Assembly: GCF_902652985.1 (NCBI RefSeq)
Contig: NC_047016.1
Location: forward strand, 52,142,001-52,206,000
DNA: 64,000 nt
Origin: Pecten maximus
Lineage: Eukaryota
Direction of reading: 5' to 3'
Made by a program: the position numbers and the translations under genes. This document shows, one piece after another, positions 1 through 13,520 of the stretch. The notes beneath the pieces are model-generated. The model ran no database searches. It had not been told where the DNA came from and saw only the letters and a program-made list of their open reading frames with translations. Every line of letters begins with the position of its first letter. Position 1 is the stretch's first letter.

Positions 1-989
1 ATAGAATTGATCGTGTTTTTCATTGTTGTGGTTTCAGTACTGACATCAGTTTCACTAAATAATGTTTCCCTACACTCTGCTAAAACTTTGGATGTAGACA
101 TACCTGTATTGTCCAGTGCAGCCATATTGGTGAGTTCAAGTCCTCAGAGTAAGATTTTCAAATCACAACAAAAGTTCATTTTCCCGGATAATTCCCGAAT
201 TTTTCCAGAATAATACCGAACAGGATGCTAATCCAGCACTTACACAGCATTTTCAACAGTTTATAATGTTAATGACCCTACATTTTAGATAAAAACCAGC
301 AAATTTCCTCTCCCAGATTTTTCATGTGTGTAGACACCTGGCTGAACACTACTCAGACTCAATAATACAATATATTAGAATTAACTAATAATGATCAAAT
401 TGTTAAATATCAATAATTATCAAATTAGTATTTATAAATAATTCGTTGAAATTGATATAAATTGATAATTCATTGAAATTAATATTTATTGATATCATAA
501 AATACCTTTTGATAATTCTCTCAATTTCATCAAACTAAAAATTATATCAAATACTTTGCTTTTTTCCTTAATACAAGTTATAATCAAAATGCTCTTTTTT
601 TCTCATTTGAACGCCTCTCTGATACCTGATATCTGATAACTGAAGATAATGATGTTGTTAAGTAAAAACCGCTCACTTTACTGAGATCTGTAAAAATGAT
701 GAGCTGTGTTAATGTAACCCACGCTACGGATGGCGTGACACTTGGATATTAAAACCGAAGCTACATGTACATGTATGTATCTATATAAACTTCAAAATTA
801 TCATCAGGACTTATCATTCCACTGTTTGCACTCATACCGTTATTACCATCTTTGGCTAATACTCAGTTAGAGTTTAACTTTATTAGGAATAGGTTATGAG
901 ACAGATGTACACATTCAACATCGGGACAGACTCTTCACCGTCTTCCCGGGGACCAACATCAAGGGATGCTTTTCCATTTAACCCAATGC

Positions 990-1435
990 AACGACGACAC
1001 TATAGGAGACTGGTTCGCCGAGCAGCTGTATTGCCACTTGTACCACTACACCAAGTAGAAAACGTAAGAGGACATCCAGGAAGCTGACCTACACATTGAC
1101 GTTACGCCATTCACAGACTACGTTGTTGACCGGTGGATAGAGGTGGAGACAGTTGGGAACCACTACGACAACGACGGACCTGAAGGACGACCAACCACTT
1201 AGAAGCCTAGCACGGGAAACTCAAAAAGATTGTACACCACACACATCCTAACATCTTCACAATTATACGGACATTCAAGGACATATACAGGCTACTAATG
1301 AGATAACTAGACTTCAACGTCGCGCTGGACCCCGACCCAGGAAATACAGAAACATTGACACTCGCCTTGTCCTTCAGAAACAGAGACTGGAGAACCATAT
1401 AATATCCTACACCGACGCAGCCTCCGAATTTCTTC
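990..1435 (+). pseudogene. MULE (Mutator-like) transposase C-terminal remnant
   Basis: Frameshifted translation gives YRRLVRRAAVLPLVPLHQV...FTDYVVDRWI...NHYDNDGP/RTTNHLEA*HGKLKKIVHHTHPNIFTII. This matches the RTNNxxEGWH...HPNI motif of MULE transposases. Stop and frameshifts are present. Confidence 0.75.
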
Positions 1436-1439
1436 ACTT

Positions 1440-1690
1440 AGGTTGTACTGATGTAACATGGACAAGGTTGTACTGATGTAACACGGACTAGGTTGTACTG
1501 ATGTAACATGGACAAGGTTGTACTGATGTAACATGGACAAGGTTGTACTGATGTAACATGGACAAGGTTGTACTGATGTAACATGGACAAGGTTGTACTG
1601 ATGTAACATGGACATGGTTGTACTGATGTAACATGGACAAGGTTGTACTGATGTAACATGGACAAGGTTGTACATGATGTAACATGGACA
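1440..1690. repeat. 25-bp minisatellite (GGTTGTACTGATGTAACATGGACAA), ~10 copies
   Basis: Directly visible. It explains the 25-aa periodic ORFs at 1307-1685. Confidence 0.97.
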
Positions 1691-3154
1691 GTGCTTTATC
1701 CTATTTGTATTTTACTACACTGTGATAATAAATTTGTAGATTTGTTCCAACTGTGTACATGTATACATGTATTTGCATGCCTGTTACAGTTTTCTGTGTA
1801 TATTCATTGATTTCAATTTTGTCTGTCGTGTAACATTATATTATATAAACATAATGTAAGATTCTAATAGTCCTACCAAAATATGTGATATTATATTAAT
1901 ATGTAATATTCTATGATTATAATAGTGATATTTCAAACTGTGTATCTTTAAATTAGCATACATGTACATTTCTAGTGCTCTATATAATTAAGATTCTAAT
2001 GATGTTATTCCTATCAAAATGTGTAAATTTACATTAACGTGTATAATTGTAGTTCTCAATTTATAATAAAGATTCTGATAATGTCGTTTTCAAATTATGA
2101 AAAGATATCTTAACTTGCAGAATTCTAATTAGAATTTTTAAAATTGATATGCTTGTGTTCTGGTTTTCTTTAGTTGTCAAATGATTTCTACAGGTAAAAT
2201 ATCTCGGTAAATACAGAACATGTATAAAACAGACTATAATTACCCTCCCTTTGATGTCTCTGCCTATTGTTCTAAATATGTAGGCGTTCAGGGAACACAC
2301 CCCCCTGCTGGTACAGGTGTGACACTCTTTGATTACCTGGACAGTTCAGGTATAGCCTCAGGAAATCTTTCAATACACTGGCCGGTTATAGAGATACACA
2401 GATAAGTCAACTTATAAATCTTCCCATGTGTGAGAAATTTATCTTCATATATGGTAGAAATTACTTCCATAACTGTGAATGTATAATTGAAATATGTTGA
2501 AAGTTGTATTGCCCAGTAAATCTATATAATAAATATTTCATACAGAAATTGAATCTGAGTAGTCAATCATATATAGTTCATAATCTTACTTATCAAGGTA
2601 AAGTAATAATACAAACTGGTAATTGCGTTACCTTTGTATAATTTATATAAAATACCACAAAAGACTGCAAATCACCATTCTACTGTGCCACGCACTCACT
2701 ATTTCTTGCATATTATGTAATATGTATAACCATGGATAATATATTAAATCATTATCTTTTATTCTTATTTTGTATTATACAAGTTCATGTGGAATTTGCA
2801 TAATGAGGATGTTGGAATTATAAAACGTGTAAAAAAGTTATGGTGTAACATATGTATATCAAAAAAGATGTTCTTAAAATTTAGATGATTTCAATGCAGC
2901 AACCTTTGTGTTGATTATTGAAAAAAATATACAGTTTATTCAGGTGTCTTTAATATTTCAATTTATGTCTTAATAATTATGCTATTTAAACAACATATAG
3001 AACTATTGAATTAATATTCAACTCAGACGGGAATCGGGCTGTGAATCACGAAAGATTGAAAAATAAACCCCTAAAATTTTATATAAGATACAGTTGTGCA
3101 ATGTAGAACATATACTTGAGTCCATTCTCTGAAATTAATACCAATTATGACCCC

Positions 3155-3635
3155 ATTTTTAGCCCATCATCTGATTTTTAGCCCACCATCTCATATGTAG
3201 GTTGCCCTTGGTCCCTAGTTACAATGTATGCATATTTCATTTTGGGACCAGTCAGAAAACAACATGGCCGACAGGCAGTCATCTTGGATTTTGACAATTG
3301 AAGTTTATTATCGCTATTTCTCAGAAAGTACTAAAGGGATCTTTCTGAAGTTTCATATGTAGGTTGTTGCCCTTGGACCCTAGTAACAATGTATGCATAT
3401 TTCACGTTGGGGCCAATCGGAAAACAACATGACCGACAGGCAGCCATCTTAGATTTTGACAATTGAAGTTTGTTATCGCTATTTCTCAGAGAGTACAGAA
3501 GGGATCCTCCTGAAATTTCATATGTAGGTTCCTCTTAGTCCCTCGTATTGCATTTTGGGACCAATCTGAAAACAACATGGCCGACAGACAGCCATTATCG
3601 CTAAATCTCAAATTTCATATATAGGTTCCCTTTGT
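3155..3635 (+). mobile_element. Non-autonomous Helentron/HINE-like element with ~2.5 internal core repeats of ~170 bp
   Basis: Starts TTTTTAGCCCA(C/T)CATC. The internal repeat CATATGTAGGTT...GGGACCAATC..AAAACAACATGGCCGACAG..GCCATCTT.GATTTTGACAATTGAAG occurs 2-3 times. The family assignment comes from recalled bivalve HINE architecture. Confidence 0.6.
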
Positions 3636-3639
3636 CCTG

Positions 3640-3745
3640 ACCGTAGGCCGGTGGTTTTTTCTCCAGGTACTCCGGCTTTCCTCAACCTCCTAAACATGGC
3701 ACACCCTTGCTGTTTATAGGACGTTAAACAAACTAAACCAAACTA
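3640..3745 (+). mobile_element. SINE 3' fragment (V-domain-like GGTGGTTTTCTCCxGGTACTCCGGxTTCCTC, tail GGACGTTAAAC(AAAC)n)
   Basis: Same family is present in reverse orientation at ~42170-42410. Confidence 0.6.
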
Positions 3746-4896
3746 ATTTGTTTGAAAACACTGAGGGATGTTTCTCAATTTACACAGATTAGTAAGAGGA
3801 AGAGAAAATATAGAGAATATCAATCTGACATGGAATCTATAAAGATCATTCAATGGTGGACGCCAAGATCACTCTGGGATTTCTTGTTTTTCTTCGTTTC
3901 GGCAAATACCTCAAATACACCAAACACCGTTGCCAGTTCCCGGTACTCTTCCTAATAACTCCGTCCCCATTTTTTTTGCAATTTCGTGGCATTGACATAG
4001 AAAACAGATATAACTATTATGGAGGCATCGACCAAGCCATATATATGTGATCTTGGGTTGCCATTAATACATGTGTGCAAGTAGAATTTTAGGTTGTTTG
4101 GGAGTATGTGTAGTCCGAGAGATTTCCATCAACCTTAGTAACGTGTTGACATGCCTTAACAGTTCGGCCATATTCGATTGCCACTTTTGCAATTGGTGGA
4201 ATTGTGGCCCGTTTATTGATAAGATATACCACCTACCCTTTCCATGCATTGACTGAATCAGAATATGGCGAGTTTCCTTAAAAATTGTAGAGTCCGACCA
4301 AATTCTTCATTCTTTAAGATTTAATTAATCTGATAGCGTTGAGAGTCGAAATAGTCTTTTCACTAAATCTTTTCAATACAACGACCATGGTAAAACGCTT
4401 CAAAATGTTGCAGTGTCCGTCTGACATTCATTTTTACCTTGACACTGCTTCACACATTTGACTTGTGCGTTCATGTAATAGAAGTCAACAACGTGTGTTG
4501 GAATAAGTTAACATCAACCATATTCAATGAAACAACTGTGTTAACACTTTCAAACGGCTTTTGGCTAACTGAAATGAATACAATGGACATGTGAGTTTGG
4601 TCAGGTCCAAACGTGTTATCTGTGAAATTACGATAATGAACCAATTGAAGAACTGAATATCGACTTGCTCAAAAATAAGGGAAATCCTGTTTGTGATACA
4701 ATTCCAACAGAAAAAAACGTGTAAAATATTGTCAACTGATAAAATTGCACAAGAGTTTTAGCGCTACAGTACTTACAGTACTTTGATTAAATATAATTCG
4801 TGCTTTAAAATTAGAAAATATTGCATGCGACATACAGAAATTTATGGATAAGTAATAACATTTTTAAAAGGTTAGTAAATTCTTGTCTGTTTTCAG

Positions 4897-5645
4897 GACG
4901 CCTTCCAATTCAAGGAGTCAAGAAATTTTTAATGGATGGCTATCACGAGGCGAACAAGCAAGGATTCCCCACAGAGTTAATCAAGCATGCATTTTTTATA
5001 CGAGAGAAAGTGGTGTGTTCCCCTAAGCTTCACCGAAATGACTTTCCAATGGACCAAAAGTTTATGTTTCGTATGTCCATTGCTAGTGTCGGAACTACGT
5101 CATATTCTGTTTTCCAGGAACTATACGACCCGTCTACAATGGAGCGACTACTACGTTCTGAAACTAAACTGGTGAACGTTGACCCCGAGACAAGGAGACC
5201 AACGAACCTCCCAAAACTGTTTGTTGAGCAAAGCTCCAAGTTTAAAAGTGGAGATTGTGGATTAATAACAGAAATTCAAAAAGATATCGTACCACCAAAT
5301 AATGCATTCAGAACGATTACTCGTACTAGATACAGTGATATGGATACAAATTTACATGTGAACTTTGCAGAATATTACGGATTCTGCGCAGACTGTGCTT
5401 CGGAAGCGTCTCAATCCGGGTACTATCGTCACTATGCCGACGACATAGGTCGGTTTCCTGTTCTGCAGACAGATGTAACATTTATTAGAGAATCTCCATC
5501 ATGTTCAAATTTGGACGTGTACACTTGGCAAGACACTGGCAACGTTCAGATTATTTATTTCGCAATTTATCTTAAGTCTGACAGGATATTGCTAGCACAA
5601 TTCCTGTATGATTATAAAGCAAGTTTTATTGCTTCCAAAATATGA
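4897..5645 (+). CDS. Double-hotdog acyl-CoA/acyl-ACP thioesterase-like protein, paralog 1 (main coding exon; first coding exon uncertain)
   Basis: Acceptor tttcag at 4896, then an intact frame to TGA at 5645. Motif RTRYSDMDTNLHVN is like the DxNxHVN motif of acyl-ACP thioesterases. Clear paralog of 14147-14898 and 22517-23283. Ends in SKI. Confidence 0.8.
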
Positions 5646-6902
5646 TAGTTATGAGCTTTACCGAAGGCGATAACGATGTTTAGATATATTTGCATAACTC
5701 TTCCTTATGAATTGTATTGATGTATATATTTTTGAATCAAGAGTCCAGAAAACAATATTAAACGTCGCACACCTGAAGCATACGCTGATAAACATTGCAA
5801 ATATTTTGTTAACTTTCCTAATGAATTGAACTGTTATCAGTGTCACAAATCTTTCATGTCTTGACAATATTATGCTGCTACAGTATAACAGTATTTAAGC
5901 AATTCGAAATTCTGGACACATTGCATTCCACAAGATGAAGGAAAGTAAGGAAATAAAAACTAAACTTAATGTGTTATTTGTGTCACTTTTTGTCATTTTG
6001 ACATTGAATTCGCAAACTACATGATGCGGAATAATAAAATACTTGGCATGCAATAGGTCCACTTTTTAAACTTTCCTATCTTACTGAACATTCATTCGTT
6101 TTAAAGGTAAGCAAACAAGCAAAACAAACAAACAAAAATGTAGAAGCTCCTGAACCAGTTTTCATTTCATATATAATAATGAACACAGGCCATGAATTTA
6201 TCATTTTATGAATCTCTGGCGAGATAAAATTGATAATTCGTGACGTTTATAATGTCTGCATCTCATAAATGCTACACTGGTATATTCTGCAAACAGGAAA
6301 TGTTTTGAATCAGACTGATATGCAATCGACCATCGCGATATTAAACCCACGTTGACTTCATTCCTTTTCGAGTCCGCCAAGGTAAAAGACAGTCTAGTTC
6401 CATCCACTATTTGTGTCAACCGAAAACTCCACCACAAGGTAATATTACAAATGTGCTCGTAACGCAATTTATGAGTGGTGTGTTAAGCCATGCACATGAA
6501 CCAGAAATACGTTAACTACATAAAGCAATAGGGTGTCAGACGTAGCTTCAGTAGGTGATGAATTTTCGTTTGAGTATATTTCAATCCTGAAAATGTTTTA
6601 CTGGTGTGAATAAGTTGAATTTTCGTTTGAGTATATTTCAATCCTGCAAATGTTTTACTAATTTGAATAAAGTGGCCACCCATTCACTATTTCATTATGC
6701 AAAACACATTTCATGTCTAATTATCCATTTGACAAATGTTTTGGTTTTTAGTTTATCAAATCATTTTAAAATTAAATTAAATTATGTATCATATGTACTT
6801 TGTGTTTGTGATCCGTGTTTGTTATAGACGACTTTCACTATGATCCTGTCCGGATATCGGTCCGACCATCACTGCGCCATTGAAACGTTCTTTTTTAAGA
6901 AC

Positions 6903-6978
6903 GCCGATATGGCGCAGCGGCATAAGCTGCGGATATTTCTGGCTAGGCGATTGGGTGCCATAGATCGTGAGTTCATAT
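6903..6978 (+). mobile_element. tRNA-derived SINE head fragment
   Basis: A-box-like TGGCGCAGCGG and B-box-like GAGTTCA. CTGGCTAGGCGATT is shared with the reversed SINE near 42330-42360. Confidence 0.4.
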
Positions 6979-7714
6979 TAGGAATGTACTGCCACGCCGA
7001 ATTTCAGAGGTGCTAATTTAGCCGTAATTATGACGTTGACATTTGACGTCAAATAGAGACTGCCTTTACGCTCGTGATTTGTGACGTCATGAAACCTATT
7101 AAACACACAGTTTCTACGTATTTTCAATATCAATTTTCTGACTTCGTTTCCTGAGGAACCATCATCAAATCGACTGTAGGTTTGACATTATTGTGTTATT
7201 AACAAATGATGATTTCCAGCTATATGGAAATACTTATTTATCTTTAGAAGATATCACAACAATATGTCAATCCACTCAGTAATACACATTATAGAATCAA
7301 ATAGATAAGATAACATAAGATATTCAGTTATTAGACTCCTTGGTAACGAGTCGCTTCATCCACATCCTAGCTAATTAAGGGGTTGGATGTTAACCGTCCT
7401 TATAAAGGGAATAATTAATGGTAGGTTTACGGCCTCCTTGTTTTACACAAGCAAATCACACCTAAATTTAAATGAAAGTACACCAGACCTAGAATTAGTT
7501 TCCCTGATATACTGATTGAGGATTTCAATCCTGTTTCTAGTACCAATTCATGTTGGGCAAAAGATTCAGGATTTACATGTCTTTAAAATCATTCCAAAAC
7601 CTTATTGAATATGCCGGAATTTCAGAAAAGACAAATTAAACATCTTTAGTGAAAAATTTAGCAACAAATGAAACAAACTTGTCAACGCTGTTCTTACATA
7701 AACATAAAATTCAG

Positions 7715-7920
7715 GGCCCAGTTGTTCAAAAGGTGATTAGGCTAATCACATTTTTCAAATCCTATGATAATTTCTGGTAGAACTTACTCCACAAAACTTC
7801 ACAGTTCTCTTCAAACTGGCATAATTTCAAGACGATATACTCACAGGTTTTTCAACAAATGAGAAATGAAATTTTCACTAATCAAGTGATTAAGCTAATC
7901 ACCTTTTGAACAACTGGGCC
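7715..7920. mobile_element. PIF/Harbinger-like MITE (206 bp)
   Basis: TIR GGCCCAGTTGTTCAAAAGGTGATTAG..TAATCAC and its reverse complement, flanked by a CAG 3-bp duplication (7712-7714, 7921-7923). Confidence 0.85.
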
Positions 7921-8883
7921 CAGAAATAACTTTGATTAAGTCGCGCTTCTGCTTTACAATATAATTCCTGGCGATGGTAAAAAATCTCGATTATATCTAC
8001 ACGATGTCTCAAGAAAAACCTTAACTGCATGTTAACAAGATTGGTAAATACATGTACTTCGAAATATCTGGTGCGGCTTACGGCTATCCAGTAAGCATAT
8101 TAAGCTTACTTACTCTCATCCGAAAGCAGAATTGGACTAAGATTATCAATATAGGTGAAATAGTAGATCAATAATACATTCCAGAACAGGTGTACTCTTG
8201 TGTTTAACCAAAGATATTTGACATAAAACAAGAACAATCACCAACATATAAACTTTACCTTTCATTCTGGTGACAGGAAATGGTATGTAGGGATATGATA
8301 GTGATGATAAACAAATAATGAATCAAGAAAAAATGTTCATTGTTTTATACTATATATATATATATATACCTAAATGGTATTACAGAAAACAATATAAATA
8401 GAGACAGTCATAGACAGGTCAGCCTGGTAATCGGCTGCTTTTGTAAAATGCAGATGTGCGGCCAAGATTGCAAAACTCGAACATGCTGCTTTTCCATGTC
8501 GGAAAAATGGCGTTCACTGGAACAACGCCGTGACTTTCTTCACGACTTTGTCTTTATTTACCAGCAGTGACGTTATTTATCAGGATAAGACGTCAAACTT
8601 TATTTCAATATGTAGGTAAAAATATCTCCCTATCAATATATCAATTAATAAAATGATGTGTTCATTTTTTACCTTTCTGCATTAGCCTGCTGGCACTCAT
8701 CGTTGTACTACAATCAACACAAAATCGGCTTCGTGGTACAAACCTCGTTAAATGACCTACTCTATCATGATCCGGGCTTCTTGATAACAAAAATAACCTT
8801 CGTACTATCAATATCAGAAGAGCACAGGTGCGTGATTTAAGCAAGATAAATGTGACCTCTTTACTTCAGCGTAATTATTTCAG

Positions 8884-11848
8884 GGAGAACATCCGCGCAG
8901 CTATAGGTAAGTGGTCGTGGTATGTGTGTTTAGGGAGGACACGAGTACAGCTATAGGTACGTGGTCGTGGTATGTGTGTTTAGGGAGGACAAAGGATGAG
9001 CTATAGGTAAGTGGGCGTGGTATGTGTGTTTAGGGAGGACACCAGTACAGCTATAGGTAAGTGGGCGTGGTATGTGTGTTTAGGGAGGACACCAGTACAG
9101 CTATAGGTAAGTGGTCGTGGTATGTGTGTGTAGGGAGGACATCAGTACAGCTATAGGTAAGTAGTCGTGGTATGTGTGTTTAGGGAGGACAAAAGATGAG
9201 CTATAGGTAAGTAGTCGTGGTATGTGTGTTTAGGGAGGACACCAGTACAGGTATAGGTAAGTGGTAGTGGTATGTGTGTTTAGGGAGGACACCAGTACAG
9301 CTATAGGTAAGTGGTCGTGGTATGTGTGTTTCGGGAGGACACCAGTACAGCTATAGGTAAGTGGTCGTGGTATGTGTGTTACGGGAGGACACGAGTACAG
9401 CTATAGGTAAGTGGTCGTGGTATGTGTGTTTAGGGAGGACACCAGTACAGCTATAGGTAAGTGGTCGTGGTATGTGTGTTTAGGGAGGACACCAGTACAG
9501 CTATAGGTAAGTGGTCGTGGTATGTGTGTTTAGGGAGGACACCAGTACAGCTATAGGTAAGTGGTCGTGGTATGTGTGTTTAGGGAGGACACCAGTACAG
9601 CTATAGGTAAGTGGTCGTGGTATGTGTGTTTAGGGAGGACACCAGTACAGCTATAGGTAAGTGGTCGTGGTATGTTTGTTTAGGGAGGACACCAGTACAG
9701 CTATAGGTAAGTGGTCGTGGTATGTGTGTTTAGGGAGGACACCAGTACAGCTATAGGTAAGTGGTCGTGGTATGTGTGTTTAGGGAGGACACCAGTACAG
9801 CTATAGGTAAGTGGTCGTGGTATGTGTGTTTAGGGAGGACAAAGAATGAGCTATAGGTAAGTGGTCGTGGTATGTGTGTTTAGGGAGGACAAAGGATGAG
9901 CTATAGGTAAGTGGTCGTGGTATGTGTGTTTAGGGAGGACAAAGGATGAGCTATAGGTAAGTGGTCGTGGTATGTTTGTTTAGGGAGGACATCAGTCGAG
10001 GTATAGGTAAGTGGTCGTGGTATGTGTGTTTAGGGAGGACACCAGTACAGCTATAGGTAAGTGGTCGTGGTATGTGTGTTTAGGGAGGACACCAGTACAG
10101 CTATAGGTACGTGGTCGTGGTATGTGTGTTTAGGGAGGACACCAGTACAGCTATAGGTAAGTGGTCGTGGTATGTGTGTTTAGGGAGGACACCAGTACAG
10201 CTATAGGTAAGTGGTCGTGGTATGTGTGTTTCGGGAGGACACCAGTACAGCTATAGGTAAGTGGTCGTGGTATGTGTGTTTAGGGAGGACACCAGTACAG
10301 CTATAGGTAAGTGGTCGTGGTATGTGTGTTTAGGGAGGACAAAGGATGAGCTATAGGTAAGTAGTCGTGGTATGTGTGTTTAGGGAGGACACCAGTACAG
10401 CTATAGGTAAGTGGTAGTGGTATGTGTGTTTAGGGAGGACACCAGTACAGCTATAGGTAAGTGGTAGTGGTATGTGTGTTTAGGGAGGACACCAGTACAG
10501 CTATAGGTAAGTGGTCGTGGTATGTGTGTTTAGGGAGGACACCAGTACAGCTATAGGTAAGTAGTAGTGGTATGTTTGTTTAGGGAGGACACCAGCACAG
10601 CTATAGGTAAGTGGTCGTGGTATGTGTGTTTAGGGAGGACAAAAGATGAGCTATAGGTAAGTAGTCGTGGTATGTGTGTTTAGGGAGGACACCAGTACAG
10701 CTATAGGTAAGTGGTCGTGGTATGTGTGTTTAGGGAGGACAAAAGATGAGCTATAGGTAAGTGGTAGTGGTATGTGTGTTTAGGGAGGACACCAGTACAG
10801 CTATAGGTAAGTGGTCGTGGTATGTGTGTTTAGGGAGGACAAAAGATGAGCTATAGGTAAGTAGTCGTGGTATGTGTGTTTAGGGAGGACACCAGTACAG
10901 CTATAGGTAAGTAGTCGTGGTATGTGTGTTTAGGGAGGACACCAGTACAGCTATAGGTAAGTGGTCGTGGTATGTGTGTTTAGGGAGGACAAAAGATGAG
11001 CTATAGGTACGTAGTCGTGGTATGTGTGTTTAGGGAGGACAAAAGATGAGCTATAGGTAAGTGGTAGTGGTATGTTTGTTTAGGGAGGACAAAAGATGAG
11101 CTATAGGTAAGTGGTCGTGGTATGTTTGTTTAGGGAGGACACCAGCACAGCTATAGGTAAGTGGTAGTGGTATGTGTGTTGAGGGGGGACAAAAGATGAG
11201 CTATAGGTAAGTGGTCGTGGTATGTTTGTTTAGGGAGGACACCAGCACAGCTATAGGTAAGTGGTAGTGGTATGTGTGTATAGGGAGGACAAAGGATGAG
11301 CTATAAGTAAGTGGTAGTGGTATGTGTGTTTAGGGAGGACAAATGATGAGCTATAGGTAAGTGGTAGTGGTATGTTTGTTTAGGGAGGACAAAAGATGAG
11401 CTATAGGTAAGTGGTAGTGGTATGTGTGTTTAGGGAGGACACCAGTACAGCTATAGGTAAGTGGTCGTGGTATGTGTGTTTAGAGAGGACACGAGTACAG
11501 CTATAGGTAAGTGGTCGTGGTATGTGTGTTTAGGGAGGACATCAGTACAGCTATAGGTAAGTGGTCGTGGTATGTGTGTTTAGGGAGGACACCAGCACAG
11601 CTATAGGTAAGTGGTCGTGGTATGTGTGTTTAGGGAGGACAACAGCACAGCTATAGGTAAGTGGTCGTGGTATGTGTGTTTAGGGAGGACACCAGCACAG
11701 CTATAGGTAAGTGGTCGTGGTATGTGCGTTTAGGGAGGACACCAGCACAGCTATAGGTAAGTGGTCGTGGTATGTGTGTTTAGGGAGGACACCAGCACAG
11801 CTATAGGTAAGTGGTCGTGGTATGTGTGTTTAGGGAGGACAAAAGATG
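8884..11848 (+). repeat. 50-bp tandem satellite (CTATAGGTAAGTGGTCGTGGTATGTGTGTTTAGGGAGGAC+ACCAGTACAG/AAAAGATGAG), ~59 copies
   Basis: Strict 50-bp register across ~2.95 kb, with two main 10-bp variants. Confidence 0.98.
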
Positions 11849-12002
11849 TAATTCGTACTAAGTCGTACGTATAAGTAAATCGTACGTACGAATTAGTACG
11901 AATTACTAATTCGTACGTACGATTTACTTAATTCGTACGTACGGATTACTAATTCGTACGTACGATTTAATTTTTTTATAGTGGCCCTAATACGCTTCCG
12001 TA
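11849..12002. mobile_element. Solitary right end of an IS3EU-like foldback element with 21-bp subterminal repeats (ATTACTAATTCGTACGTACGA)
   Basis: Ends GTGGCCCTAATACGCTTCCGTA, resembling the terminus TTGGTCCTATACGGCTTCCGTA at 45590. Same 21-bp palindromic subterminal organisation. Confidence 0.65.
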
Positions 12003-13520
12003 CCATCGCACTCTTATCGTATAATATTTTTTTCAGTCGATATCTTGCCATTTTAGCTATCTGAGCAGCCATCGACATAAAATAGGCAGAACAAATATAG
12101 TGAGATACGTGTAATTTTTTTAATAACCTCGTACATATCGTAAAGCTGTACCCGGCTAGTGTGTGAAAACGCCATCTTGCTTTTAGGAAAGGTCTCTGAA
12201 GCGAGACTATGGTGTTGTCTTTTTTTCGGTTTTAAAAGTTCTGCTTTTAGATCAGTCGAACGAAAAGTATAAGTCAAACTTGTTGGTAGATAAAATATAT
12301 AGTGAACATCGTAAGATAATCTTCCAGAATTTATGGTCCAGTCGCGCTGAAAATCAACGATGCCTGAAATCTGAACTTAAAAGTTTATTGTTTATCTCAA
12401 ATCCTGAAAAAAGTACCAATGCTATTCCAACCAAACCTGGAATAAAGTTGTATTGTAATATGATTACATGAATTTTATGATTTTGTGTATTATTGGTTTG
12501 CGAAACTAACGTAACATCGTTATTGCCCTAACGATTAATGTACTTATTAGCCAAAACGCAAGTTATTAATGGATCAGATGTATTGCCTTCTTACGTTAGA
12601 TCCTAATTATTTTATCAGTAAAATCTTTGAGGATTAGTAAATTTGTAAAGTTTGCTATTAGTCGTATGAAACAACAAATATTTACACGTGGTTTTTGCGT
12701 TACATGCGGAGTATTTACAAAAAAAACCCCACTACTTTGAGTAGATTGATTAAGCTGTAAGTGTGAAAAAAATACAGAAATGTTTGTGAAAATGGAGTTT
12801 GGTTAAAACTCAATATACCAACAAAAAGGGGACCGTGGAGAGATTTTTTTTTTTTAAGTTTTATTTTCTACACAAGGCTTCATTCGTACACCAACACCAT
12901 CACAAACGCACCGTAGACACGTTAGTTTCTATGTAACAAAGAATTAGTGCCAAATCCCGAAATCGACGAACCGATTATCGTATAAACGTATTCACAACAT
13001 GGCTACAATTGACACTGGATATTATCAAATGTAATACAATAGTCTTTTTTTTTGCTTTTTTTTTAATAAAAAAAATACTGATTAAAAAATTGGCGAAAAT
13101 GCGGTTTCGCAAGAAGACGTTAAGAAAGAAAAAATATAGTATTTCAAGAAAACGGCGGATGAATTGTGGGTAATTATCCAGTCATGTATTATGTACCATG
13201 TGCAATATAAGCATTCATAAAATCCCCATCCAAAACCATTTTGAATTTCGGGCTATGGAATCCTCGATGTCAAACCAAGACCTTCCCCGTAATCACCTTG
13301 ACAATTTCAAAATTGTTTTTCATTCTCATTCCAACCTTTTCGTGCCTGTGATACTCCAGTTAGTGTCGCTAAATCGAGGTACTCGTGTGCTGAGGTCAAC
13401 GATGTAATTTTGTGATCATTTCACTGCGATTTCAATGCTATTACGACGAAATAATGTCGCATATATTTGATTTTGCCGAAATATGGAGGTATTTATGCAC
13501 TAATATCATTCTGTTTAAGG

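Noticed and set aside
1307-1685. Cys/His-rich periodic ORFs
   Set aside because: They are translations of the 25-bp minisatellite in all three frames.
4821-4896. ORF-track N-termini of the thioesterases (also 14083-14146 and 22495-22516)
   Set aside because: Intronic sequence upstream of clear splice acceptors. Paralog similarity starts at the acceptor.
8884-11848. CRISPR-like look of the 50-bp array (constant 40 bp plus variable 10 bp)
   Set aside because: The variable part has only two recurring alleles rather than unique spacers. There are no cas genes and the context is eukaryotic.
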